Positions 30,167-39,398 of a stretch of DNA of 40,897 nt are shown here, one piece after another (position 1 is the stretch's first letter; each line of letters begins with the position of its first letter). A program made the position numbers and the translations under genes. The stretch is from Luteimonas sp. (GTDB lineage Bacteria > Pseudomonadota > Gammaproteobacteria > Xanthomonadales > Xanthomonadaceae): NCBI GenBank assembly GCA_039914555.1, contig JBDSOZ010000170.1, forward strand, positions 1 to 40,897, in the 5' to 3' direction. The notes beneath the pieces are model-generated. The model did no database searches. It worked only from the letters and a program-made list of their open reading frames with translations, and was not told where the DNA came from.

Positions 30167-30439
30167 ATGAACAAAGCCGAATTCATCGAAGCCGTGGCCG
30201 GCGCCTCCGAACTGTCCCGTGCCGACGCCGGCCGCGCGGTCGATGCCGTGATCGCCACCATCACCAAGACGCTGAAGGGTGGCGACACCATCACCCTGGT
30301 GGGTTTCGGGACCTTCGACGTGCGCAAGCGTGCCGCCCGTACCGGTCGCAATCCGCGCACCGGCGAAGAGATCAAGATTGCCGCGTCGATGAACCCAGGG
30401 TTCAAGGCCGGCAAGGCACTCAAGGACGCGGTCAACTGA
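30167..30439 (+). CDS. hupB: DNA-binding protein HU
   Basis: [23 protein letters not shown] and [12 protein letters not shown]; follows lon. Confidence 0.95.
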   Translation: MNKAEFIEAVAGASELSRADAGRAVDAVIATITKTLKGGDTITLVGFGTFDVRKRAARTGRNPRTGEEIKIAASMNPGFKAGKALKDAVN

Positions 30440-30466
30440 TCAAGGAGATTTGATCCGGCGGCATCC

Positions 30467-30541
30467 GGGTGCTTAGCTCAGTGGTAGAGCGTCTCCTTTA
30501 CACGGAGAGGGTCGGGGGTTCGAAACCCTCAGCACCCACCA
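30467..30541 (+). tRNA. tRNA-Val(TAC)
   Basis: Acceptor GGGTGCT/AGCACCC, anticodon arm TCTCC-TT-TAC-AC-GGAGA, CCA end. Confidence 0.96.
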
Positions 30542-30548
30542 CGGCGTA

Positions 30549-30577
30549 TTGCGTGGTTCCAGACCCGGCTGTATCAT
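30549..30577 (+). promoter_or_regulatory. Putative sigma70 promoter for tRNA-Asp
   Basis: TTGCGT-17 bp-TATCAT followed by GC-rich GCGCGGC. Confidence 0.6.
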
Positions 30578-30589
30578 GCGCGGCTCCGC

Positions 30590-30666
30590 GGAGTGGTAGT
30601 TCAGTTGGTTAGAATGCTGGCCTGTCACGCCGGAGGTCGCGGGTTCGAGTCCCGTCCACTCCGCCA
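30590..30666 (+). tRNA. tRNA-Asp(GTC)
   Basis: Acceptor GGAGTGG/CCACTCC, anticodon loop CT-GTC-AC, GGTTCGAGTCC, CCA end. Confidence 0.96.
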
Positions 30667-30676
30667 TTTGTAAACG

Positions 30677-30714
30677 ACGCCCGCAGGTCAATGACCTGCG
30701 GGCGTTTTCATTTT
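30677..30714 (+). terminator. Intrinsic terminator after tRNA-Asp
   Basis: 14-bp perfect inverted repeat ACGCCCGCAGGTCA-a-TGACCTGCGGGCGT followed by TTTCATTTT. Confidence 0.85.
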
Positions 30715-30763
30715 CCAGGCGAGTGATGTCCCGCCTCCAGCTGTCGGGCTAGACTAGAGAGCA

Positions 30764-30827
30764 GGAGATGGCATTCCTCCTTGAACCGCCGATATCGGAC
30801 CCGCTGATTTTGGCTGATGATGCCTAC
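30764..30827 (+). ncRNA. Fluoride riboswitch (crcB motif)
   Basis: GGAGATGGCATTCCTCC..AACCGCC..GGCTGATGATGCCTAC matches the fluoride aptamer architecture: P1 GGAG/CTCC, pseudoknot GGCAT/ATGCC and 3' GATGATGCCTAC. It lies directly upstream of a Fluc/CrcB gene. Confidence 0.92.
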
Positions 30828-30890
30828 CAACCCGGACGCCGGGCGGGTAGGTAATGCCCCGCCAGCATCCCTACGATGTGGAGAATGGCG

Positions 30891-31283
30891 GTGCTTCAAT
30901 CCCTGATTGCTATCGGCCTTGGCGCAACGCTGGGAGCTTGGGCTCGCTGGGCGCTTGCGCTCTGGCTGAATCCGATCAACCAAAACCTGCGCTATGGCAC
31001 CCTGGCCGCCAACCTGGTGGGTGGTTATGTCATCGGCTTGGCGATTGCCTGGTTTTCTTCCCACGCGGACCTTCCCCCGGTGTGGCGAGTGTTCGTGATC
31101 ACCGGTTTGCTGGGAGGACTGACCACGTTTTCGACCTTCTCCGCCGAAGTCCTCGAGCTGTTGAACCGGCAGCAGTTCGGATGGGGCCTTGCGGCAATCG
31201 CGCTGCATGTTGTCGGCTCGATCGCGATGACCGCACTCGGGATCCTGACCGTTCGTGGGCTGGCTGCCGCCTATAGCGGGTAG
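30891..31283 (+). CDS. crcB: Fluoride efflux channel Fluc/CrcB
   Basis: GATLGAWAR, GTLAANLVG and TGLLGGLTTFSTF motifs. Start set at GTG 30891, 7 nt after GGAG. Confidence 0.93.
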   Translation: MLQSLIAIGLGATLGAWARWALALWLNPINQNLRYGTLAANLVGGYVIGLAIAWFSSHADLPPVWRVFVITGLLGGLTTFSTFSAEVLELLNRQQFGWGLAAIALHVVGSIAMTALGILTVRGLAAAYSG

Positions 31284-31354
31284 GGCGTCATTTTGGGGCA
31301 GCGCCTACTACAGGTAGACTGGGCGGCTACGCCACAAGACCAGAACCCGCCAAG

Positions 31355-33331
31355 ATGCTGCAGCAACTCCGCGACAAGACCTCAGGCTGGATCGCCGGTA
31401 CCGTGCTCGGGCTGCTGACGATCCCGTTCGCGTTTTTCGGCATGGAACAGTACATGCAGCAGACCAGTGCAAACTGGACCGCGCGGATCGAGGCACCCCC
31501 GACTTGGTGGAAGGCGGCGCCGCATTGGTGGCCGGCGCGCATGCTCTGGCAGTCCGACGAAATCAGCGCCGATGACTTTCGTAGCGAGTTCGAACAGGCC
31601 CGCCAGCAGGAGCGAAGCGCGCGCGGCGACCAGTTTGATGCGCGCGAGTTCGAAGGCAAGGACAACAAGCGCCGCGTCCTCGATCAATTGATCGACGCGC
31701 GCGTGCTCGCGCTCATGTCTGAAAACGCCGGTGTGGTTGTTTCCGATGCCCAGGTGCGCGCTGCGATCGAAGCGGTTCCCGCGTTCCAGGTCGATGGCAA
31801 ATTCAACGCCCAGCAATACCAGTTGATGCTGGCGTCCCAGGTGCCGCAACGCACGCCGCGGCAGTTCGAGCAATTGGTACGCGAGGACCTGCAGAAGTCG
31901 ATGATGCCCAGCGCGCTGGCCCAGTCCGGGTTCGCCACCACCACCGAAGTCGAGCAGGTGATGCGCCTGCTGGGCGAAAAGCGGGATGTGTCGTACGTGC
32001 AGATGCCGGCGCCGGCGCCAGACCTGGGTGCGGTGTCTGCAGCCGAGATCCAACGCTGGTATGACGCGCACCCCTCCGACTACCGGGCCCCGGAAAGCGT
32101 GGTCGTGGAATACGTCGACATCGATGGCAGCCAGTTGCAACCACCAGCAGCCACCGACAGCGCCTTGAAACAGCGTTACGCGCAGGAGCAGGCGCGGTTC
32201 GTCGAGCCCGAGGAACGCCTGGCCTCGCACATCCTGGTGCGGGTGGACAAGGGCGCCAATGCCCAAGCCGAGGCCGCTGCGAAAGCACGCGCAGACCAGA
32301 TTGCGGCACAGGCGCGCGCGCCGGGCGCTGATTTCTCTGCCCTGGCCACTGCCGATTCTGACGACGACGGTTCCAAGGCTGCCGGCGGTGACCTCGGCTG
32401 GATCAGCAAGGGCATGATGGCCAAGCCGTTCGAAGACGCGCTGTTTGCGATGAAGAAAGGGGAGATCATTGGTCCGGTGCGCAGCGACTTTGGTTGGCAC
32501 GTGATTCAGATGCGCGATCTCAAGCAAGGCCAGCAGACGCCGTTCGAGCAGGTGCGTGATCAACTCGCCAAGGAACAGGCCGATACCGATCGCGAGCGCT
32601 TGTTCAATGACCTCACCGGCAAGTTGGTGGACCAGGTCTACCGCAACCCGACGTCGCTGGCTCCGGCCGCGCGCGCGGCCAACCTGACCGTGCAGCGCAG
32701 CGGCACTCTGGTGCGTGGCCAAGGCCTCGGCGGCATTTTCGCCAATCCCCTGGTACAACGCGCCGCGTTTTCCGACACCTTGGTCCAGGACGGCACCGTG
32801 AGTGATCCGATCGAAATCGGCCCGAACCACAGTGTCTTGATCCGCGTGGTGGACCACCAGCCGGAACGGGTGATGCCGCTCACCCAGGTCGGCACGCAGG
32901 TGATCGCGGCGATCCGTCGAGATCGTGCTGCCAAGGCGGTCGTGGCCGCGGCCGATGCGATGCTGGCCGAGGTGCGGGCGGGCAAATCGTTCGCCGCCGC
33001 AGCCGCCGCGCGCCAACTTGAACCCAGCCAGGTTGCGGACCTGCCGCGTGGCGTGGCCTTGCCCGATGCGAAGGCGAACAAGGCGATTTTCGCCGCAGCG
33101 GCGCCGAAGCCGGGCAAGTCAACCCTTGGCAAGGTCGTACTGGACGATGGCAGTGTTGTCGTCTACGCGCTGCACAAGACCATCCCCGGCGACACCAAGG
33201 AAGCGACCCCGGCCCAGCGCACGACATTGAAGCAGCAGCTCGCCGAGATCGGCGGCAATGACGACGTCAATGCCCTGGTCAAGGCATTGCGCAAGCAGAT
33301 GCGGATCACGGTCGCCGAGGACCGCCTCTAG
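31355..33331 (+). CDS. ppiD: Peptidyl-prolyl isomerase / periplasmic chaperone PpiD
   Basis: N-terminal TM, SurA_N-like domain, parvulin motifs ASHILV, GGDLGW and FGWHVI; hupB-ppiD synteny. Confidence 0.92.
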   Translation: MLQQLRDKTSGWIAGTVLGLLTIPFAFFGMEQYMQQTSANWTARIEAPPTWWKAAPHWWPARMLWQSDEISADDFRSEFEQARQQERSARGDQFDAREFEGKDNKRRVLDQLIDARVLALMSENAGVVVSDAQVRAAIEAVPAFQVDGKFNAQQYQLMLASQVPQRTPRQFEQLVREDLQKSMMPSALAQSGFATTTEVEQVMRLLGEKRDVSYVQMPAPAPDLGAVSAAEIQRWYDAHPSDYRAPESVVVEYVDIDGSQLQPPAATDSALKQRYAQEQARFVEPEERLASHILVRVDKGANAQAEAAAKARADQIAAQARAPGADFSALATADSDDDGSKAAGGDLGWISKGMMAKPFEDALFAMKKGEIIGPVRSDFGWHVIQMRDLKQGQQTPFEQVRDQLAKEQADTDRERLFNDLTGKLVDQVYRNPTSLAPAARAANLTVQRSGTLVRGQGLGGIFANPLVQRAAFSDTLVQDGTVSDPIEIGPNHSVLIRVVDHQPERVMPLTQVGTQVIAAIRRDRAAKAVVAAADAMLAEVRAGKSFAAAAAARQLEPSQVADLPRGVALPDAKANKAIFAAAAPKPGKSTLGKVVLDDGSVVVYALHKTIPGDTKEATPAQRTTLKQQLAEIGGNDDVNALVKALRKQMRITVAEDRL

Positions 33332-33343
33332 TTTGCGGGCGCG

Positions 33344-34129
33344 CTAGTCGATGCCGGCCATGCCGACGATGCTGAAGCCGGCGTCGACATAGGTGACTTC
33401 GCCGGTGATGCCGGCGGCCAGGTCCGAGCACAGGAACGCGGCGGCATTGCCGACATCCTCGATGGTCACGTTGCGGCGTAGCGGCGCGGTGGCTTCGAAC
33501 TGCGACAACATCTTGCGGAAGTTGCCCACGCCAGCGGCAGCCAGGGTCTTGATCGGGCCGGCCGAGATCGCGTTGACGCGGGTGCCTTCCGGACCCAGGT
33601 TCAATGCCAGGTAGCGCACCGTGGATTCCAGGCTGGCCTTGGCCACCCCCATCACGTTGTAGTTCTGCAAGGCACGCACCGCGCCCAGGTAACTCAGGGT
33701 CAGGACGGCGCCGTTGCGCCCCTTCATCTGCGGGCGTGCGGCCTTGGCCAGTGCCGCAAGCGAATACGCGGAAATGTCCTGGGCAATGGCGAAGTTCTCG
33801 CGGCTGATGCCGTCGAGGAAGTCGCCGCCTATGGACTCACGCGGTGCGTAGGCGATGCAGTGCACGAGAATGTCGAAGCCGTCCCAGTGTTTGCGAAGTT
33901 GGCTGAAGCACGACTCGATCTGGGCATCATCGGCGACGTCGAGCGGCAACACGATTTTCGCGCCGTATTCGGCTGCCGCACCTTCGACCCGCGACTTGAG
34001 CTTGTCGTTCTGGTAAGTCAGGGCGAGTTCGGCGCCTTCGCGGTGCATCGCTTCGGCGATGCCGTTGGCGATGGAGCGCTGGCTGGCGATGCCGGTGATG
34101 AGTGCGCGCTTTCCGTTGAGGAATCCCAT
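33344..34129 (-). CDS. fabI: Enoyl-ACP reductase (NADH)
   Basis: Start ATG 34129 ([13 protein letters not shown]). YNVMGVAK (Yx6K) and [15 protein letters not shown] motifs. Confidence 0.93.
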   Translation of the reverse strand: MGFLNGKRALITGIASQRSIANGIAEAMHREGAELALTYQNDKLKSRVEGAAAEYGAKIVLPLDVADDAQIESCFSQLRKHWDGFDILVHCIAYAPRESIGGDFLDGISRENFAIAQDISAYSLAALAKAARPQMKGRNGAVLTLSYLGAVRALQNYNVMGVAKASLESTVRYLALNLGPEGTRVNAISAGPIKTLAAAGVGNFRKMLSQFEATAPLRRNVTIEDVGNAAAFLCSDLAAGITGEVTYVDAGFSIVGMAGID

Positions 34130-34182
34130 GGTGTCGTCCCGTATGTTGCGTGTGTCGGTGCTGGAGGTGTGCTGCGAGTCCG

Positions 34183-35130
34183 TCAGTGTGCCTGTGCCGG
34201 GCTTTCCGGGCCAGTCGTTGCTGGCTTGGGCGCCAGCACGAGTTGCTTGCGATTGGCATCGCGGATGACTCCGCCGGTGAAGGCCGGATTGAGCCGCCGC
34301 ACCGCATCCGGGTCGCGGCCGGTGGCCTTGGCCCAGGCATCGAGGCTTTGGGCCTTGGCGGGCAGCGCCAGCGCTTCCAGCACCGGAACTTGTCGATCCA
34401 GGGACTGCAGCCATGACTCGCGGTCGTCAGCGCGATCCAGCAGGCATGACAGCGCATGCAGCTTGCGCACGTAGGCGCGGGTGATGCCAGGCAGGCTGGT
34501 GAGTTTTTCGGGGTCGGCGCTGCGTGCGGCCTGGCCGCTGCGCCGAAGTGCGCCGAACACGCGGTACTCGCCGGCGTTGTAGGCCATCACCGCCAGGCGC
34601 CAGTCGCCGGCGAGCATCCCGTGCAGGGTCTTGAGGTAACGCACGGCGGCACGCGTGGATTCCACCGGTGACAGGCGCCCGTCGTAGCCCGATCGCATCG
34701 GCACGTGGTGGTTGCGGGCGGTGACCCCGATCATCTGCCACATCCCGGCGGGGCCGCCAGGGCTGCGTGCGCCGGGTTTGTATCCGCTTTCAACAAACGG
34801 AATCAACGCATATTCCGTCGGCAGGCCTGCTTCGCGCAGGGCATCGACGACATAGCCGAACAGGGCCAGGGCATCGTCGTTGCCGCGTCCCAGGCGCTCG
34901 GGCGCCGCGGCGAAGTGGCTGCGCCAACGCTGGCTGCCACTGTCCATGGCGCAATCGGGGTCGGCCAGGCCGTCGTGGAAGCGTGCATAGATGTCGAGGC
35001 CACTTTGGGTGTCGCCGACAACGGAATCCGCGGGCACTGCGGCCGGTGCCGGATCAACCGGCGCCACCTCTGCGGCCTTGGGCGCAAACAGCGGCAATAT
35101 CAGCAGCGCAGCGAGCAGGGCACGTTTCAT
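34183..35130 (-). CDS. mltD: Lytic murein transglycosylase, MltD-like (SLT domain, no recognisable LysM)
   Basis: Signal peptide, IPFVES catalytic Glu, AGMWQ and AYNAGE motifs; mltD-gloB synteny; ATGA overlap with gloB. Confidence 0.85.
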   Translation of the reverse strand: MKRALLAALLILPLFAPKAAEVAPVDPAPAAVPADSVVGDTQSGLDIYARFHDGLADPDCAMDSGSQRWRSHFAAAPERLGRGNDDALALFGYVVDALREAGLPTEYALIPFVESGYKPGARSPGGPAGMWQMIGVTARNHHVPMRSGYDGRLSPVESTRAAVRYLKTLHGMLAGDWRLAVMAYNAGEYRVFGALRRSGQAARSADPEKLTSLPGITRAYVRKLHALSCLLDRADDRESWLQSLDRQVPVLEALALPAKAQSLDAWAKATGRDPDAVRRLNPAFTGGVIRDANRKQLVLAPKPATTGPESPAQAH

Positions 35131-35894
35131 TCGCTGAATCCATCCTTCCATTGTCGTAATCCAGCGAAGGTCTGGATCCGATCGATTGGCTGGTGCCCGA
35201 GATAGGCGGCAACGGCATTGCGGCCCACGTCCGTGTCGACCCGCAGGAATGGATTGGCGGCGCGCTCGTCGGCCATGCTGGTCGGCAGGGTCGGACGGTT
35301 TTGTTCGCGCAGGCTTCGGGCCTCCAGCCTGCGTCGCTGCAGTGACGCGTTACCCGGATCCACGACCGCGGCGAACGCGGCATTGGCCACGGTGTATTCG
35401 TGACCGCAACACACCAGGGTTTCGTCCGGCAGCGCCGCAAGGCGGTCAAGCGACGCCAGCATCTGCGCGGGGGTGCCTTCGAATACACGCCCGCAGCCGA
35501 GGCTGAACAGGGTGTCCCCGCAAAACACCAGGCCGTGGCCGACAAAGGCGACGTGGCTGCTGGTGTGTCCCGGGATCGACATCACCTGGAATTTCCAGGG
35601 GCCGGCCACGACCTCATCGCCGTCGCGTACGCGCGTACAGGGCAGGTCGATGCGCGGGTCGTCGGGGGCGAACACGGCCAGCGATGGCCAAACCTGCAGC
35701 AACTCGGCCGCACCGCCAATATGATCAGGATGATGGTGGGTGAGGAGCACGACCGCCGGACACAGGCCTCGTGCCGCTGCCGCCAGCACCGGGCCTGGTT
35801 CGCCTGGATCGACCACCACGGCCGGGCCGCCGGCCTGTTCGCACAGGGTCCAGATGTAGTTGTCGGACAACGCTGGCAGTGGCTGCAGCAGCAT
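35127..35894 (-). CDS. gloB: Hydroxyacylglutathione hydrolase (glyoxalase II)
   Basis: DNYIW, THHHPDHIGG, GHT, GDTLF..GCGR, HEYT and NPFLR motifs. Confidence 0.95.
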   Translation of the reverse strand: MLLQPLPALSDNYIWTLCEQAGGPAVVVDPGEPGPVLAAAARGLCPAVVLLTHHHPDHIGGAAELLQVWPSLAVFAPDDPRIDLPCTRVRDGDEVVAGPWKFQVMSIPGHTSSHVAFVGHGLVFCGDTLFSLGCGRVFEGTPAQMLASLDRLAALPDETLVCCGHEYTVANAAFAAVVDPGNASLQRRRLEARSLREQNRPTLPTSMADERAANPFLRVDTDVGRNAVAAYLGHQPIDRIQTFAGLRQWKDGFSE

Positions 35895-35935
35895 GGATGG
35901 CTTCGCGGCGGGGCAGGCCCCCTAGAATGGCGACC

Positions 35936-36601
35936 ATGCCTGTCCCCTCCCTGCACGGTCAACCCGAAGCCACCCCGCACTGGTTCGCCACCGCTCCGGG
36001 TCGGGCCTTGCTGGACAGCGAATGCGACAGCGTCCGCGCGGCGCTGGACGAGCGCCCGGGCCAGTCGTGGCTGTGGTTGTCGCCGCCGATCGGGCAGTCA
36101 TCTGCGGATGACATCGCCCACGGGCCGGGATTGCACCTGCAGTCCGTGCCGGACGGCTGGGCCGGATCGGTGCGCTGCAACCTGCCGTTGCCGTTGGCCA
36201 GCGAATCGGTGGCGGTGGTGGTGGTCCAGCACGTTGCCTGCAATCCTGCCCGGCGCGATGCGCTGGTCAGGGAATGTGCGCGGGTCCTGCTGCCGGGCGG
36301 GCGATTGACGCTGTATTGCCTGAATCCGCTGTCCCCGTGGCGTTGGCGATGGGCCACAAGCGGCCTGGGTGCGTCGGAGCCGATGCCCTGGCGGCGACAG
36401 CTGCGGGTGGCCGGTCTAGCGCCGGAATCCGTGTCGCAGGGGCTGGGTCCGCGCTGGGGCATGGAGCCCGATGCCGGGCTCCAGCACGGCCCCGGGTTGC
36501 GGGCTGCATGGCGGCTGCAAGCCGACAAACGCAGCTTGCCTTTGACCCCGCTGCGCAGTCGCGCGCCGCTGCGGATCGGCGGCGGAGTGCCGGCAGCATG
36601 A
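35936..36601 (+). CDS. YafS-like class I SAM-dependent methyltransferase domain protein (degenerate)
   Basis: [26 protein letters not shown] and LNPLSPW motifs; conserved position between gloB and rnhA. Start ATG 35936. Confidence 0.75.
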   Translation: MPVPSLHGQPEATPHWFATAPGRALLDSECDSVRAALDERPGQSWLWLSPPIGQSSADDIAHGPGLHLQSVPDGWAGSVRCNLPLPLASESVAVVVVQHVACNPARRDALVRECARVLLPGGRLTLYCLNPLSPWRWRWATSGLGASEPMPWRRQLRVAGLAPESVSQGLGPRWGMEPDAGLQHGPGLRAAWRLQADKRSLPLTPLRSRAPLRIGGGVPAA

Positions 36602-37062
36602 CCGGCCCCATCCAGGCAGACACGCACGCCAAGCAGGTGCAGATCCACACCGACGGCGCGTGTCTGGGCAATCCTGGTCCGGGGGGGTGGGCTGCCTTGT
36701 TGCGTTGTCGTGGCCGCGAACGCGAAGTCGCGGGCGGCGAAGCACTCACCACCAACAACCGCATGGAACTGATGGCCGCGATCATGGCCCTGGAAACCCT
36801 GGCCGAGGCTTGCACCGTGGTCTTGCACACCGACTCCCAATACGTGCGCCAGGGCATCACCGAATGGTTGCCGAACTGGATACGACGCAACTGGCGGACT
36901 GCCGGCGGCGCCGCGGTCAAGAATCGCGACCTGTGGGAGCGTTTGCATGCCGCCGCAATGCGCCACCCCGTCGACTGGCGTTGGGTCAAGGGCCATAGCG
37001 GCGATCCGGACAACGACCGCGTCGACGAGCTGGCGCGTGACCAAGCGCTACGCTACCGTTGA
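36598..37062 (+). CDS. rnhA: Ribonuclease HI
   Basis: [28 protein letters not shown] and WVKGHSG motifs. ATG 36598 in an ATGA overlap. Confidence 0.96.
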   Translation: MTGPIQADTHAKQVQIHTDGACLGNPGPGGWAALLRCRGREREVAGGEALTTNNRMELMAAIMALETLAEACTVVLHTDSQYVRQGITEWLPNWIRRNWRTAGGAAVKNRDLWERLHAAAMRHPVDWRWVKGHSGDPDNDRVDELARDQALRYR

Positions 37063-37067
37063 TCCCC

Positions 37068-37784
37068 ATGCGCCAGATCGTGCTCGACACCGAAACAACC
37101 GGCCTGTCCTGGGAAAAAGGCAATCGCGTGGTCGAGATTGGCTGCGTGGAGTTGCTGGAACGCAGGCCCACCGGACGCACCTTCCAGCGTTACCTGGATC
37201 CGGATTGCGAGTTCGAGCCAGGTGCGCAGGAAGTCACCGGGCTGACCCGGGAATTCCTTGCCGACAAGCCGAAATTCGCCGAAGTCGTGGACGAATTCCT
37301 TGCGTTCATCGAGGGCGCCGAACTGGTGATCCACAACGCCGCGTTCGATATCGGCTTCCTCGATGCCGAACTGGCGCGGGTGGGGCCGCACCTGCCGCGC
37401 ATGCGCGAGCGCTGCAACATCGAGGATTCGCTGGTGCTGGCGCGCGAGCGCTTTCCCGGTCAGCGCAACTCGCTGGATGCGTTGTGCCGGCGCCTGGGCG
37501 TGGACAATTCGCATCGCCAGCTGCACGGCGCCCTGCTCGACGCGCAGTTGTTGGCAGAGGCTTACCTGGCGCTGACGTCAGGGCAGGGCGAGATGGGTTT
37601 CGACGCGTTGGCAGCGGCCGCAACGCAACACGCGACCGCGGTCGCGACCGCTGCCCTGGTGGCGGCTGACGCGCCGCGCCCACACGTGCAGGTGTCGAAT
37701 GCGGACCTCGAGGCGCATGCCGCGCGCCTGGCGCAACTGCGCAGCAAGGCCGGCCACGCAGTCTGGGACCAAACCACGACGTAG
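37068..37784 (+). CDS. dnaQ: DNA polymerase III epsilon subunit
   Basis: MRQIVLDTETTG (ExoI), IHNAAFD (ExoII) and HGALLDA (ExoIII). Confidence 0.96.
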   Translation: MRQIVLDTETTGLSWEKGNRVVEIGCVELLERRPTGRTFQRYLDPDCEFEPGAQEVTGLTREFLADKPKFAEVVDEFLAFIEGAELVIHNAAFDIGFLDAELARVGPHLPRMRERCNIEDSLVLARERFPGQRNSLDALCRRLGVDNSHRQLHGALLDAQLLAEAYLALTSGQGEMGFDALAAAATQHATAVATAALVAADAPRPHVQVSNADLEAHAARLAQLRSKAGHAVWDQTTT

Positions 37785-37840
37785 GAGCGGCGGAAGCCGC
37801 GATGCAATTCTGCTCGTCTCGCGGCTTCCGCCGCTCCTAC
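37781..37840. repeat. Inverted GTAG-REP doublet (REPIN-like)
   Basis: GTAGGAGCGGCGGAAGCCGCGA (37781-37802), a 16-nt spacer, then its perfect reverse complement (37819-37840). Confidence 0.9.
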
Positions 37841-38541
37841 GCGCAGCGGACGAGGACGACAGTCACGTTGTCGGAGCCACCACCATCCAGCGCGGCGGAC
37901 ACCAACTCGTCCACGCATTCCTGCGCGCTCCAGTCCAGGTGGGCGAGTGATTGCGAAATACGCACGTCGTCGACTTCCTCGGTCAGCCCATCACTGCACA
38001 GCAGCAGTTGCATGCCGGTGTCGAGATCGCCTGACATCGTTTCGACGTTGAGCTTTTGCGGGTCTGTCACCCCAAGCGCCTGGGTCACCACGTTGCGTTG
38101 CGGATGGCTGCGCGCCTGCTCGACACTGATCGCGCCGCGCCCGATCAGTTCCTGCACGTAGCTGTGGTCCTGGGACAATTGTGCGAGCTGGCCGTCCCGC
38201 CACAGGTAGACCCGGCTGTCACCGACCCATGCGACCTCGAAACGACGCCCGGCGACGCGTGCTGCAACGACCGTGGTGCCCATCGGCAACGCGTCGCCGC
38301 GTTGGTGGGAGGCCCGGATGATTTCCTCGTCGGCGGTGCGGATCGCCTGTGCGAGCGGCGCGCCCAGGCGCACCTCGCGCACGATCGCCTCGCGTGCCAG
38401 GGCGCTGGCGACCTCGCCATAGTCGTGCCCCCCCATGCCGTCGGCCACCAGCCACAGCCCCAGCTCGCTGTCGCCGTAATAGGTGTCTTCGTTCAGCTCG
38501 CGACGCAGGCCGACGTGGGTCAGGTGTCCGAATTCAATCAT
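37837..38541 (-). CDS. PP2C-family Ser/Thr protein phosphatase
   Basis: RELNED, VADGMGGH, MGTT, GDSR, QDHS, LCSDGL and GGSDNVTV motifs. Confidence 0.93.
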   Translation of the reverse strand: MIEFGHLTHVGLRRELNEDTYYGDSELGLWLVADGMGGHDYGEVASALAREAIVREVRLGAPLAQAIRTADEEIIRASHQRGDALPMGTTVVAARVAGRRFEVAWVGDSRVYLWRDGQLAQLSQDHSYVQELIGRGAISVEQARSHPQRNVVTQALGVTDPQKLNVETMSGDLDTGMQLLLCSDGLTEEVDDVRISQSLAHLDWSAQECVDELVSAALDGGGSDNVTVVLVRCA

Positions 38542-38639
38542 GCAACTGGCGATGGCTTGGGTTCACAGTCAGGAACGCAATGATCGGGGCCGGCCGGCCT
38601 CGACACAACCACCAGGGTCGTGGCGTCCGGCGGCCGTGC

Positions 38640-38668
38640 TTGTCGCTGGCGCCGCCGGACCGTATCAT
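38640..38668 (+). promoter_or_regulatory. Putative sigma70 promoter of tRNA-Ser
   Basis: TTGTCG-17 bp-TATCAT with a GC-rich discriminator, 9 nt before the tRNA. Confidence 0.65.
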
Positions 38669-38677
38669 TCGCGGCCC

Positions 38678-38941
<264 letters not shown>

Positions 38942-38987
38942 GTACCGACGCAGCTAAGATGCGGGAAAGTCCCCACTAGAGTCCCCC

Positions 38988-39398
38988 ATGTCCGACGAAC
39001 TGCTTGCTCCCGTCTCCTACGGCGAACTGCTCGACAAGATCGCGATCCTGCAGATCAAGTCCGAACGCATGTCCGATCCGGCCAAATTGGCCAACGTGCG
39101 CCGCGAATTGTCGGCGCTTGAGCAGATCTGGATGGCGCATCCATCCGCCGCCCAGGACATCGTGGCCTTGCGCGCCCGGCTCAAGGCCGTCAACGAGCGC
39201 CTGTGGGTGATCGAGGACGACATCCGGATCAAGGAAAAAGCGCAGGCATTCGACGCCGGCTTCATTGCCCTGGCGCGCAGCGTGTATGTCGAGAACGACG
39301 AACGCGCGCGTATCAAGAAAGACATCAATCTCGCCCTGGGCTCGACTTACGTCGAAGAGAAGTCGTATCAAGACTACGGCGCAGGCCCGGCCGCATAA
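38988..39398 (+). CDS. Conserved hypothetical protein, DUF6165-like
   Basis: PVSYGELLDKIAILQIK, VNERLWVIEDDIR, ARSVY..NDERARIK..IN and EEKSY; family name recalled, not searched. Confidence 0.75.
   Translation: MSDELLAPVSYGELLDKIAILQIKSERMSDPAKLANVRRELSALEQIWMAHPSAAQDIVALRARLKAVNERLWVIEDDIRIKEKAQAFDAGFIALARSVYVENDERARIKKDINLALGSTYVEEKSYQDYGAGPAA

Noticed and set aside
23985-33016. Antisense ORFs over tig, clpX, lon and ppiD (for example 25927-27231 and 31382-33016)
   Set aside because: Typical non-stop antisense frames of highly expressed, codon-biased genes.
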